This document shows positions 19,154 through 27,891 of a stretch of 64,000 nucleotides of DNA, one piece after another; positions within the stretch are counted from its first letter, which is position 1; each line of letters begins with the position of its first letter. The translations under genes were made by a program, and so were the position numbers. The DNA lies in assembly GCA_963843145.1 (NCBI GenBank), contig CAWJJC010000021.1:133616-197615 (forward strand). The letters run 5' to 3'. The notes under the pieces were generated by a model that was not told the DNA's origin, ran no database searches, and saw only the letters and a program-made list of their open reading frames with translations. The DNA comes from an uncultured delta proteobacterium (lineage in GTDB: Bacteria; Desulfobacterota; RBG-13-43-22).

Positions 19154-19195
19154 GGGCGGGTGATCGGGATCCGTAGCGATTCCCATCACCCGCCC
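19154..19195. terminator. Hairpin between convergent genes
   Basis: GGGCGGGTGAT ... ATCACCCGCCC. Confidence 0.55.
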
Positions 19196-19252
19196 CCTCC
19201 TAAGGCTAATTAAAAATATTTGAATTTTTGCTTTAAAAAGGTCCAGTACCTA

Positions 19253-19862
19253 TTAGTTACCGTTTTCCAACCCTAAAGTAAAACGCCAGCGGCAGTAGCA
19301 ATCAGCGGGATGGGGATCCGGTGGGGCGAACAGACATTCCACCCTGATGGCCGGGTCGACGGCCTGGGCGAAACGCTGAAACTCTCCCTATAGCGGGATG
19401 GGTCGGTGGGGCGAACAGACATTCCACCCTGATGGCCGGGTCGACGGCCTGGGCGAAACTCTGAAACTCTCCCATGTGCATGAATTTGCATACGAATTCG
19501 TTTAGACCCCGGCGTAAGCGAGCCTCCTGGGTAGGGCATTTGGGGACCGTAATGAATACCTCATTTTCATTTTCTTCAATTTGATAACCTACTAAGGGGG
19601 TCCAGGGAAAGAAGCGCAAGGCCTGGACAAATCCTTTTAACCCTTTTTCTTCGATATGGAAACGCCGGATCAAATCCTTGGCCGCCATTGAAGGGACGCG
19701 GGACCAGACCTGTTCATTTATTCGTTCGGCGGTGGGCTGATCAAAGGCTTCGGCCACATAGAGGAACCAGAAGGCATCCACCACTCGGTAATGCCAGAGC
19801 AGAAATTCCAGATAACTGCGCAATTGCGGCGCCTCTAAGGTCTCGAAGATGCTTAAATCCAT
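19253..19862 (-). CDS. DUF6125-like protein interrupted by an internal tandem duplication
   Basis: [32 protein letters not shown]; natural end [21 protein letters not shown] follows the second copy of the duplication. Confidence 0.75.
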
Positions 19863-20062
19863 TTTCTTCTCTCCCGGGCATGTGGTAATCCATATTAAAT
19901 TCAAATGGTTGCGGTGTAAATCCCTGAAGCCTGAAAATCCGTTCTTTGCGAGTCCATCAATCTTAACCCAACGCCATAAAATTTCAACTTGTTTAATAGG
20001 ATTAAAGGTTACTGTCAAAAAAACCGATTGAAAAAGTATTCTTAAATCTTCTTGGGGGACTT

Positions 20063-20452
20063 ATGCTCAATCGCAATCCAAACCGCCTATGCGCCGAATT
20101 TCCAGAGATTTTTCAAAATTATTTGGACCAGGCCAGCCGAATCGTTATCTTGCTGCTGGATCAGGAAAAGAACATTTTGGACTGCAACAAAGGTTTTTTG
20201 CGCGAATTCGGACTGGAAGAGAAGCCCTTAGGCGAGAATGTCAGAAATTTTACGGCACCCGGAGATTGGGAAAAACTGAAATTTCCAGACTTTATCCCTT
20301 TAAAACCACCGCTGCGGGGTGCCGCGCACGGTTTGGTTGATTACCAGGAATCAAGCCTTGATTTTCTTGATCGGATGTCAAAGAAGCACTTCCTTCATTG
20401 TTGTGTTTTCAACCTCGGGACTCAATACCTTATTTTTGGGGAAAAAAACTAA
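20063..20452 (+). CDS. Stand-alone PAS-like protein
   Basis: IVILLLDQEKNILDCNKGF...LGENV, typical of a PAS N-terminus. Confidence 0.6.
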   Translation: MLNRNPNRLCAEFPEIFQNYLDQASRIVILLLDQEKNILDCNKGFLREFGLEEKPLGENVRNFTAPGDWEKLKFPDFIPLKPPLRGAAHGLVDYQESSLDFLDRMSKKHFLHCCVFNLGTQYLIFGEKN

Positions 20453-20487
20453 TACCCGCCGTATTTCCTCCTAGAGGAAGGTGACTG

Positions 20488-22170
20488 TTGGGGATCGGTC
20501 TGTCGATGAACACTTTTTGGATTATTTTGATTCTGGGCTCCGGAATGCTGGGAGGTCTGGTCTGTTGGCTGATCATGCGCCAGACCCGGCGGCGCGTAGA
20601 TCTGTTGGCTCAAAAGATTAGGGGGATCGGCCCGGCCGGTCCGGCCAAGCGCCGGATCAGCCTTCCCAGTGAAGCCGACCAGATCACCCAATTGGCCGAA
20701 TCTTTCAACCAATTGTTAGATAATTTGGAAGCGGCACAGCAAGAAAAAAGTGAAGTGGAAGCGGACTACAAGCGGTTGTTCAATCAGGGGTATACTGGAA
20801 ATTACTGGTCCAGTCCGGAGGGCGAGATCCTGCGGTGCAACCCGGCTTTTGCCCAAATCCTGGGATATGATTCGGTCAAGGCGTTGGCCGGAGTTAACCT
20901 GAAATCTTTGGTAAAAGGGGCGACTCAATGGGAACAATGGAAGCAGGAACTGGGAAAAAGGAAAAAGTTGGAATTTGAGGAGCAACCCTGGATAAAACAA
21001 GATCAGACCAACCTGATCGTCTCCGGAAAAATGCTTGCTATAACGGACGATCAAGGGGAGATTATCCAGATCCAGGGATTTTTGCAAGATATTACTCGAA
21101 ACCGGGCAATAGAGGAAGACCTGAAAAATTTGCGGGATCGCGATCCCCTGACCGGATTATTGAACCGCTGGACGTTTGAGCAGGAAATGGAAAAGTATGA
21201 CACCGGCCAAAGCGATCCGGTGGGGATTTTGATCGGTGATGTGAATGGGTTAAAATATGTCAACGATACCCTGGGACATGAGGCGGGCAACCGGCTTCTG
21301 GTGGCCACCACCCAAACGATCCGAGAAGCCTTTTCGGAAGACTGCCTGATGGCTCGGGTGGGGGGGGACGAATTCGCGGTGATGGTCGTTAAAACGGAGC
21401 GCCCTCTCTTTGAAAGGGCCAGGCAAAAAATCCGTGAGGCCGTCGACCGCTATAACGGAGAAAACCCGGGTTTACAGTTAAGTCTGGCCATCGGATTTCA
21501 CCTCAACGATGAGGCGCCTTCTTCGGTTCATGAGATTTTTACCCAGGCTGAAAATAATTTGCTCCGGGAGAAGCTCCTCTGTAATCAAAGTATCCATAGC
21601 TCCGTGGTGCAGACCTTGAATAAGGCCCTGGAGATGCGGGATTTTATAACCGGGGGGCATGCGCACCGAATCCGGGAATTAGCGGAAAAGTTGGCCCGGG
21701 CCATTGGGTTGCCGGAGCGCAGCGTCATTGATATGCGGCTCCTGGCCGAATTTCATGATATCGGGAAAGTGGGGATCCCTGACCGGATATTGATGAAGCC
21801 CGGCCCTTTATCGCCGGAAGAAGCCATAGAGATGCAGCGGCATAGTGAAGTGGGCTATCGAATCGCTCTGGCGGCGACCGACCTGGTGCCCATAGCCGAC
21901 TGGATATTGAAACATCACGAATGGTGGAACGGCCAGGGATATCCTGGAGGGCTTAAAGGGGAAAAGATCCCCCTGGAGTCCCGCATCCTGGCCATTGTGG
22001 ACTCCTACGACGTCATCACCAACGATCGACCCTACCGAAAGGGAGCGTCCCACGCGGAAGCGCTGGAGGAGATTCAAAAATACTCCGGGATACAGTTCGA
22101 TCCGTATTTGGTCAGGATGTTTTGTCAGCTTTTTGAACAGCCGAATTCGAATGGAGTGAATCTGGTATGA
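20488..22170 (+). CDS. Membrane-anchored HAMP-PAS-GGDEF-HD-GYP c-di-GMP enzyme
   Basis: RDPLTGLLNR, ARVGGDEF, HDIGK, HHEWWNGQGYP; N-terminal TM helix and LAESFNQLL. Confidence 0.93.
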   Translation: MGIGLSMNTFWIILILGSGMLGGLVCWLIMRQTRRRVDLLAQKIRGIGPAGPAKRRISLPSEADQITQLAESFNQLLDNLEAAQQEKSEVEADYKRLFNQGYTGNYWSSPEGEILRCNPAFAQILGYDSVKALAGVNLKSLVKGATQWEQWKQELGKRKKLEFEEQPWIKQDQTNLIVSGKMLAITDDQGEIIQIQGFLQDITRNRAIEEDLKNLRDRDPLTGLLNRWTFEQEMEKYDTGQSDPVGILIGDVNGLKYVNDTLGHEAGNRLLVATTQTIREAFSEDCLMARVGGDEFAVMVVKTERPLFERARQKIREAVDRYNGENPGLQLSLAIGFHLNDEAPSSVHEIFTQAENNLLREKLLCNQSIHSSVVQTLNKALEMRDFITGGHAHRIRELAEKLARAIGLPERSVIDMRLLAEFHDIGKVGIPDRILMKPGPLSPEEAIEMQRHSEVGYRIALAATDLVPIADWILKHHEWWNGQGYPGGLKGEKIPLESRILAIVDSYDVITNDRPYRKGASHAEALEEIQKYSGIQFDPYLVRMFCQLFEQPNSNGVNLV

Positions 22171-22508
22171 TTATCAGGAATCTTTTGCACCCCGAGGTCC
22201 AGGCCACCCGCTACCGGGCCCATGATGGGGGCGTGGCCCACATGGTCCTGGACAACCGTCACCTGCAAACGCTTATGTTTCTGGCCCAGGCTGCCGTGCC
22301 TTCAGGAGAAAAATTGTCCGGCCACCGGGACCCCATGGAAGAAATCTATATTATCCAATGCGGTCAAGGAAGGATGCAGGTCGGGGAGGAGCGGCAGGAA
22401 GTTCAGGCTGGTGATGCCATCCACATTCCCATCGGCCAATATCATGAACTGATCAATACCGGTCAAGAGGAATTATCCATCTTGGTGGTGGCCGGGCTGA
22501 TTCCTTAA
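22167..22508 (+). CDS. Cupin-domain protein
   Basis: HRDPMEEIYII..G.G, GDAIHIPIGQYHELIN. Confidence 0.88.
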   Translation: MIIRNLLHPEVQATRYRAHDGGVAHMVLDNRHLQTLMFLAQAAVPSGEKLSGHRDPMEEIYIIQCGQGRMQVGEERQEVQAGDAIHIPIGQYHELINTGQEELSILVVAGLIP

Positions 22509-22514
22509 CAAGGC

Positions 22515-22570
22515 CAATAATCAATGATCAATTCTTAATTACTAATTGGCAATTGATTATTGATAATTCG
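22515..22570. repeat. Degenerate heptamer array in inverted arrangement
   Basis: CAATAAT CAATGAT CAATTCT TAATTAC | TAATTGG CAATTGA TTATTGA TAATTCG. Confidence 0.6.
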
Positions 22571-22588
22571 TCTTATTGAAGGGCCTTA

Positions 22589-22626
22589 TTTCCATGCTTC
22601 GGGGGGTCCGCCCCGGGGATGGTGGT
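22589..22626. repeat. Third copy of the short dispersed repeat seen at 12826
   Basis: TTTCCATGCTTCGGGGGGTCCGCCCCGGGGATGG vs TTTTCATGCTTCGGGGTGCCCGCCCCGGGCATGG. Confidence 0.7.
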
Positions 22627-22661
22627 CTAGTCTGAAAGCGGGTCAGCCGGGAAACGCGTGG

Positions 22662-23273
22662 TCACTCCACTCGCTGGAAGTGTTTCCGAGAACTCCGGCA
22701 GACCGGGCATTCGTCCGGTAGATCGGCGTCGAAAACATAACCGCAAACCTGGCAGACATGATAAACGACCTCCCGCTCGGTGAGCATGGCGGTCAGGGCC
22801 TCTTTGTACAATTTGGCGTGCCGGTCTTCCACATCCCGGGAACGGATAAAACTCCAGGCTACGTCCTCCCGTTTTTGGGTCAGGGCCTCCCGGATCAGTG
22901 CAGGGTAAATTTCCCCCTTGGCCCGGATCTCATTTTCAAAGGCGGTCTTTAAGTTATCCGCCGTTTCTCCAATGACCCCTTCAAAGTATTTTAAGTATTC
23001 CGCGGCATGAATTCGTTCAGCCTCGGCTACCGCCTTAAAGAGGCCGGCTATCTGAGGGTAGCCTTCCTGGGTGGCTTTTTGGGCAAAGGCCTGGTTCCGG
23101 ACCTGGGCCTTGGATTCCCCGGCGAAGGCTTCTTTCAGCAAGCCTTCCAGGGATTCGGGTAAGGGGTCGGAAAGTATAAATTGATACCGGTGGGCCCCGC
23201 AGACCGGACAATAATCGGGGGGTTGATCTCCGTTCGCCAGATAACCGCAGACCGTGCATTTCCATTTTTTCAT
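22662..23273 (-). CDS. Rubrerythrin with N- and C-terminal rubredoxin-like domains
   Basis: CTVCGY..CPVCG, AFAGES, AERIHA, VEDRHA, CQVCGY..CPVC. Confidence 0.92.
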   Translation of the reverse strand: MKKWKCTVCGYLANGDQPPDYCPVCGAHRYQFILSDPLPESLEGLLKEAFAGESKAQVRNQAFAQKATQEGYPQIAGLFKAVAEAERIHAAEYLKYFEGVIGETADNLKTAFENEIRAKGEIYPALIREALTQKREDVAWSFIRSRDVEDRHAKLYKEALTAMLTEREVVYHVCQVCGYVFDADLPDECPVCRSSRKHFQRVE

Positions 23274-23302
23274 AGATAATTGACCCTCCTGTTTCAATCT
23301 CA

Positions 23303-23331
23303 TTGACAGACCCAGGGGATCAGGTTATATT
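23303..23331 (+). promoter_or_regulatory. Putative sigma70 promoter of the J-domain gene
   Basis: TTGACA-N17-TATATT. Confidence 0.6.
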
Positions 23332-23425
23332 ATCAGCAATCTAATGGAAATGAATTTTTTTATTCCGATCCGACACTTAGGCGTTAAAGAGACATAGAGT
23401 CCCTGGACTGGATAGAAGGAAGGTT

Positions 23426-24397
23426 ATGCCCGAAAAAGATTATTACAAAGTATTAGGGGTGGAAAAGAAGGCCTCCGAGGAGGCGATTAAGAAGGTCTAT
23501 CGCAAGCTGGCCATGAAATATCATCCCGACCGCAATAAAGGGGATAAAAAAGCGGAAGAAAAATTTAAGGAAATCAGCGAGGCCTACGCGGTCCTGAGCG
23601 ACAAGGAAAAGAGAAAACAATACGATACGTATGGGGCCGACGGGTTTCAGCAGCGTTACAGCCAGGAAGACATCTTTCGCGGGTTTGATTTTAATAATAT
23701 TTTCAGGGAATTTGGATTCGGCGGCGGTGGCGGAGGTTCTGAAAATATATTTTCAGGCCGGGGACGGAGCAGCGGCGGGCGCCAGTACCGAACTTATGTC
23801 CACCCCGGAGGCGACCGGGCCTATGAGTACGGAGACCCTTTTGGACAATATGGTGGGGGCGCCGGAATGCCGCAACAAGGGGCTGACCGTTTATATGAAT
23901 TGGCCATCACCCTTCAGGAGGCGGCCAAAGGGGGCGAAAAGACCCTCACTTTCCCGTCCAGCAACAAGATGGAGAAGGTTTCCATCAAAATTCCGGCGGG
24001 GATTACCACGGGTAAGAAGTTGCGGATTGCCGCTAAGGGAGAACCCGGGCTATTCAAGGGCCCTCCCGGAGATCTGTATATCCAGATTAAAGTGTTAGAG
24101 GATCCCCTCTTTAAAGTGGAAGGTCATAACCTGGTCGTGGAAAAGACGATCAGTTTTAGTCAGGCGGCCCTGGGAACCCGGTTGGAGGTCCCTACCTTGG
24201 GGGGGAAGGCGCTACAAGTCAAAATTCCTCCGGGAACCCAGCCGCAGGCCAAGTTGCGACTTAAAGGCTACGGCCTCCCCCCTTTCGGCGATAAAATCCA
24301 AGGGGACCAGATTGTCAAAATTATCCTGGAAGTCCCTCAGAAACTGACTGACCCTCAGAGAAAAATCCTTGAAAATCTGGCGAAGGAAGGCCTCTAA
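23426..24397 (+). CDS. cbpA: Class II J-domain co-chaperone (CbpA-like, no Zn finger)
   Basis: [16 protein letters not shown]-rich linker, DnaJ C-terminal domain, no CxxCxGxG. Confidence 0.9.
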   Translation: MPEKDYYKVLGVEKKASEEAIKKVYRKLAMKYHPDRNKGDKKAEEKFKEISEAYAVLSDKEKRKQYDTYGADGFQQRYSQEDIFRGFDFNNIFREFGFGGGGGGSENIFSGRGRSSGGRQYRTYVHPGGDRAYEYGDPFGQYGGGAGMPQQGADRLYELAITLQEAAKGGEKTLTFPSSNKMEKVSIKIPAGITTGKKLRIAAKGEPGLFKGPPGDLYIQIKVLEDPLFKVEGHNLVVEKTISFSQAALGTRLEVPTLGGKALQVKIPPGTQPQAKLRLKGYGLPPFGDKIQGDQIVKIILEVPQKLTDPQRKILENLAKEGL

Positions 24398-24455
24398 ACT
24401 GTCGCTTCCGGGTCCTGCTTAACGGAAAAGGACTATCCTTGAGAAAGGCCTGCTG

Positions 24456-24484
24456 TCCCGCCCCCTCCGGCGGGATGGTTTTTT
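24456..24484 (+). terminator. Intrinsic terminator
   Basis: TCCCGCC-CCCTCC-GGCGGGA followed by a T-tract. Confidence 0.6.
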
Positions 24485-24557
24485 AAGGGTCATCTTGAGT
24501 CCAGGGTCCGCCTTCTCAGCAGCGGCTTCCATTCTTGAGTACCAATCTTTAAACCCT

Positions 24558-25562
24558 ATGCCTATTTTTCAACATTTAGCGATTGACTTGGGCACCACCT
24601 ATTCGGTGGTTTGGATCCTGTCGTCGAATAACTTTGTCCAGGAGCCGACTTTTGTGGCCTTTAAGCGCCGGGATCGTCAGCCCCTGGCCATTGGTGGGGA
24701 GGCCAAACGGATGTCTGGCCTGACCCCGAACCATATTCAGGTCATCCAGCCTCTCAGGGAGGGGGTCATCTCGGATTTTGAAGTCTGCAGCATTTTTTTG
24801 CAAACTCTGATTAAGAGGGTTTTATCCAAGCGGAAGGGATTCGTTCGAAATGTTCTGTTTTGCCTCCCTTGGGGGGCCACGGACGTTGAGATCCGAGCTT
24901 ATCGGAAGCAGTTGGAGCTCTATCCTTTTTCCCGTATTTATCTAGTCCGGGAGCCTTTGGCTGCGGCCTTGGGGGCTGATATCCCCATAGAAAATCCCGA
25001 CGGAAATATTCTGGTGGACCTGGGCGGCGGGACTACGGAAATAACCACTTTGGCGATAAACGGGATCGTCCACTGCAATTCTCTGAAAACCGGAGGAAAC
25101 AGCATGGACCAGACCATTCAGCATGAAATCGAACTCAAAAAACAATTTTGCATCGGGCTGACCACCGCCGAAAGCATCAAAATAAATCATGGGACCATTG
25201 CCCCGCTGATCGAAGATTATTCTTTTGACATCAAAGGCTTTAATCGGCGTAATCATCTTCCTCGGAGGATGTCCCTGGGGACCGCCGAGATACGAGATAG
25301 CTTGGAGCCCATCGTTCAAAAAATACTCCTGGGCATCAATACGGCCTTCGAGTCACTGACCCCCGAGCTGGCGGCGGACATCTCCACCAACGGGATCACT
25401 CTGGTGGGAGGGGGAGCCTATCTGCGGGGTTGGTCGGAGCGAATCAAGGATCGTTTTAATCTGCCCGTCCATATTCCCTCCAAACCGCACCTCTGCGTTA
25501 TTAGAGGCATGCAAAAAATACTTAAAAAGTTTAAGACCTACCGTTTTCTTCTTGAGGAATAG
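24558..25562 (+). CDS. Divergent MreB-like actin ATPase
   Basis: AIDLGTT, PLREGVISDF, EPLAAALG, VDLGGGTTE, LVGGGA. Confidence 0.88.
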   Translation: MPIFQHLAIDLGTTYSVVWILSSNNFVQEPTFVAFKRRDRQPLAIGGEAKRMSGLTPNHIQVIQPLREGVISDFEVCSIFLQTLIKRVLSKRKGFVRNVLFCLPWGATDVEIRAYRKQLELYPFSRIYLVREPLAAALGADIPIENPDGNILVDLGGGTTEITTLAINGIVHCNSLKTGGNSMDQTIQHEIELKKQFCIGLTTAESIKINHGTIAPLIEDYSFDIKGFNRRNHLPRRMSLGTAEIRDSLEPIVQKILLGINTAFESLTPELAADISTNGITLVGGGAYLRGWSERIKDRFNLPVHIPSKPHLCVIRGMQKILKKFKTYRFLLEE

Positions 25563-25597
25563 CCTTTCTCCTGCGGAGAATTGAGCGCCTTACCGCT

Positions 25598-26089
25598 TCA
25601 GAAGATTTCAAAAGCATATTCGGCCAGGAATCGGTTGTCCAGAAAAAGACGGGCTTTCCAGGGTCCGATAAACTTGCTTTCGGAGGAAGAGAGGTTCCAT
25701 AATCTTTTCTTGAAGGACAGCCAGCCCCAGGTCCGGTAATTGATGGTACCTTCGGGAACGGAAAATTTAAATCGGGTGGTTTCCTGGATCTTTTGATCCG
25801 GCCGGACCCAGTGCACCATGAACTGATGGGAGTTTTTGAGGCCGGTCCAGACGGTAACCAGGTAAATGCGATCACTCATAGAAAAGCGGCTGGATGGCGC
25901 GAGACTGGTGAGATCCTTGGTCATCAGGGATTGAAAAGTCGGAGCGGGCGCGGAGTACAGGGTTTTCGGGAGGAAAAGGATCAGCAGCGCCGCAATAAGC
26001 CACCCGGGCCCCTTATTGGATAGAAGCCGACAGCCCTTGACTTTGAATAATTTCTTTGACGAAATAGATGGGTTTGTTTTGAGATTCAT
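25598..26089 (-). CDS. Exported hypothetical protein (Ig-like beta sandwich?), start uncertain
   Basis: Hydrophobic WLIAALLILFL then beta-rich domain ending GPWKARLFLDNRFLAEYAFEIF. Confidence 0.65.
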   Translation of the reverse strand: MNLKTNPSISSKKLFKVKGCRLLSNKGPGWLIAALLILFLPKTLYSAPAPTFQSLMTKDLTSLAPSSRFSMSDRIYLVTVWTGLKNSHQFMVHWVRPDQKIQETTRFKFSVPEGTINYRTWGWLSFKKRLWNLSSSESKFIGPWKARLFLDNRFLAEYAFEIF

Positions 26090-26978
26090 GATAGGTGCGG
26101 ACCTGCAACTCCCCGAGAAGTCCGATGCTGATGAATTGTATTCCTATAAATATCAATAAAATCGCCAGAAGTAAAATGGGACGGTTGGACAGGGCTATTC
26201 CCATGAAAAGCCGCTCAATGGATAAATAACCGGCCAGGATAAATCCGAAGAATCCGGACAGGATTCCCCAGAGACCGAATACATGGATAGGGCGGGTAGA
26301 ATAGGTCAGCAAAAATTTTACGGTGATCAGGTCCAGGATAACCCGAACTGTACGGGAAAGTCCGTACTTGGAGCGTCCAAATTTTCGGGGGCGATGGTTA
26401 ACCGGGATTTCGGCGATACTGACGCCCATCCAACTGGCAATGGCCGGAATGAAGCGGTGCATCTCCCCATAGAGGCGGATATTTTTAGCCACCTCCCGCC
26501 GAAAAGCCTTCAGGGTGCAGCCGTAATCGTGTAGTTTTACCCCGGTTACCCAGGAGATCATTTTATTGGCCCAAAGAGACGGAAGGCGTCTGGTTAAAAA
26601 GGGATCTTTTCTTTTCTCACGCCAGCCGCTGACAATGTCATAGCCCTCCCTCATTTTCTCCATCAGCCGCGGGATATCGGTCGGGTCGTTTTGCAGGTCC
26701 CCGTCCAGGGTGACGATGATCTCACCTTCCGCAGAATCAAATCCGGCGGCCATTGCCGCGGTCTGTCCGAAATTTTTTCGAAACCGAATTAACCGAAAAT
26801 GGGTGAATCGGAGCAGCTCTTTCTTTAAGAGTTCAAAGGTTCCATCCCCGCTTCCGTCATCAATGGCCACCACTTCGTAGGTCCAGCTCGTTGGCTGGAG
26901 GGCCTGGTAAATCTCATCCAGGAGGAAAGGGATGTTTTTGTGTTCGTTGTAGAAAGGGATGACGATGGAAAGATCCAC
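26013..26978 (-). CDS. GT2 polyprenyl-phosphate glycosyltransferase (ArnC/GtrB-like)
   Basis: SIVIPFYNE, DDGSGDGT, RKNFGQTAA, LDGDLQNDP, two C-terminal TM helices. Confidence 0.93.
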   Translation of the reverse strand: MDLSIVIPFYNEHKNIPFLLDEIYQALQPTSWTYEVVAIDDGSGDGTFELLKKELLRFTHFRLIRFRKNFGQTAAMAAGFDSAEGEIIVTLDGDLQNDPTDIPRLMEKMREGYDIVSGWREKRKDPFLTRRLPSLWANKMISWVTGVKLHDYGCTLKAFRREVAKNIRLYGEMHRFIPAIASWMGVSIAEIPVNHRPRKFGRSKYGLSRTVRVILDLITVKFLLTYSTRPIHVFGLWGILSGFFGFILAGYLSIERLFMGIALSNRPILLLAILLIFIGIQFISIGLLGELQVRTYHESQNKPIYFVKEIIQSQGLSASIQ

Positions 26979-27132
26979 TACCGGTCCTCTTAAGGGTCCA
27001 TCTGATGGGCAATACCAGGGAGGGCCTTAGCGCCGGAGCCGCCAGGAAGCCTTCCACAATAAAATAGAATGGAATTCCCTATAGTTAAAAGATTTCTTGC
27101 ATCTTGAAGCAGGGGGCTTTAAAAGTCAAGGG

Positions 27133-27681
27133 TTATTTGTTGGGTGACTCCTTCCTATATTTCCAGGAGGCAAACCAGAGTGGAAAGAGAAGACAGCTTT
27201 CCACCAGGAGGACGTAGGCATTTTGAGACCAGAAATCAGGTTGTCTAAAATCCCGGACTGCAGCAGGGAAGATGGGCAGTGGGGAGGTCTGCGGATTATC
27301 TGAAAAAGGCCAGAAAAGAGGAAAACCGATGGGGGGGCGATGGTCTTCCGTAAAGAAGTCCAAAAGAAGATGAGAACCCATGAGGAGCAGCAGAAGGCTG
27401 CTCCACTTTATCCAGGAGGATCCGGTGTACCGCAGGCGAAGGATTGATCCAAAACTTAGGGCCAGAACAACGGCCACGATCAGGCTGTGGAAATAAGTTT
27501 GGTGAAACCGGCTAGGATCTCCGAGAAGGAGGCCGGGGACGAAATCCAGGTCCGGCGCCAGGGAAGCGGCCGCCACCAAGGCGTTTAGAGCCCAAGGCTT
27601 GATTTGAAAACCCCGACTTCCGAAGGGCCAAAGATTAAAAAGGGTGAATCCCAGCAGGGTATGAGCAACGGGCGAAGGCAT
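27133..27681 (-). CDS. Membrane metal-dependent hydrolase (YdjM-like)
   Basis: SPVAH, APDLD, HQTYFHSL, SHLLLD, LFWPF. Confidence 0.85.
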   Translation of the reverse strand: MPSPVAHTLLGFTLFNLWPFGSRGFQIKPWALNALVAAASLAPDLDFVPGLLLGDPSRFHQTYFHSLIVAVVLALSFGSILRLRYTGSSWIKWSSLLLLLMGSHLLLDFFTEDHRPPIGFPLFWPFSDNPQTSPLPIFPAAVRDFRQPDFWSQNAYVLLVESCLLFPLWFASWKYRKESPNK

Positions 27682-27891
27682 GCTAAATCGGTAGGTCCAA
27701 GCAGTCAAATAAAACGAATATTTTCACTGGCTTCCCTCCATAGCTCCGGGGGGGGCAGGTTACAGGTTGAAAATTGGTTCAATCCATGGGAATATGGACT
27801 CTATATTTTATTCTAACGAATTCTTTGGCCCGATGCAAAGGGGAATTCGTCCCCTAATCATATATTCGTTCCTCTACCGCCAGACCTTCGA

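Noticed and set aside
24558-25562. MamK or magnetosome island
   Set aside because: No other mam genes; motifs are MreB-like
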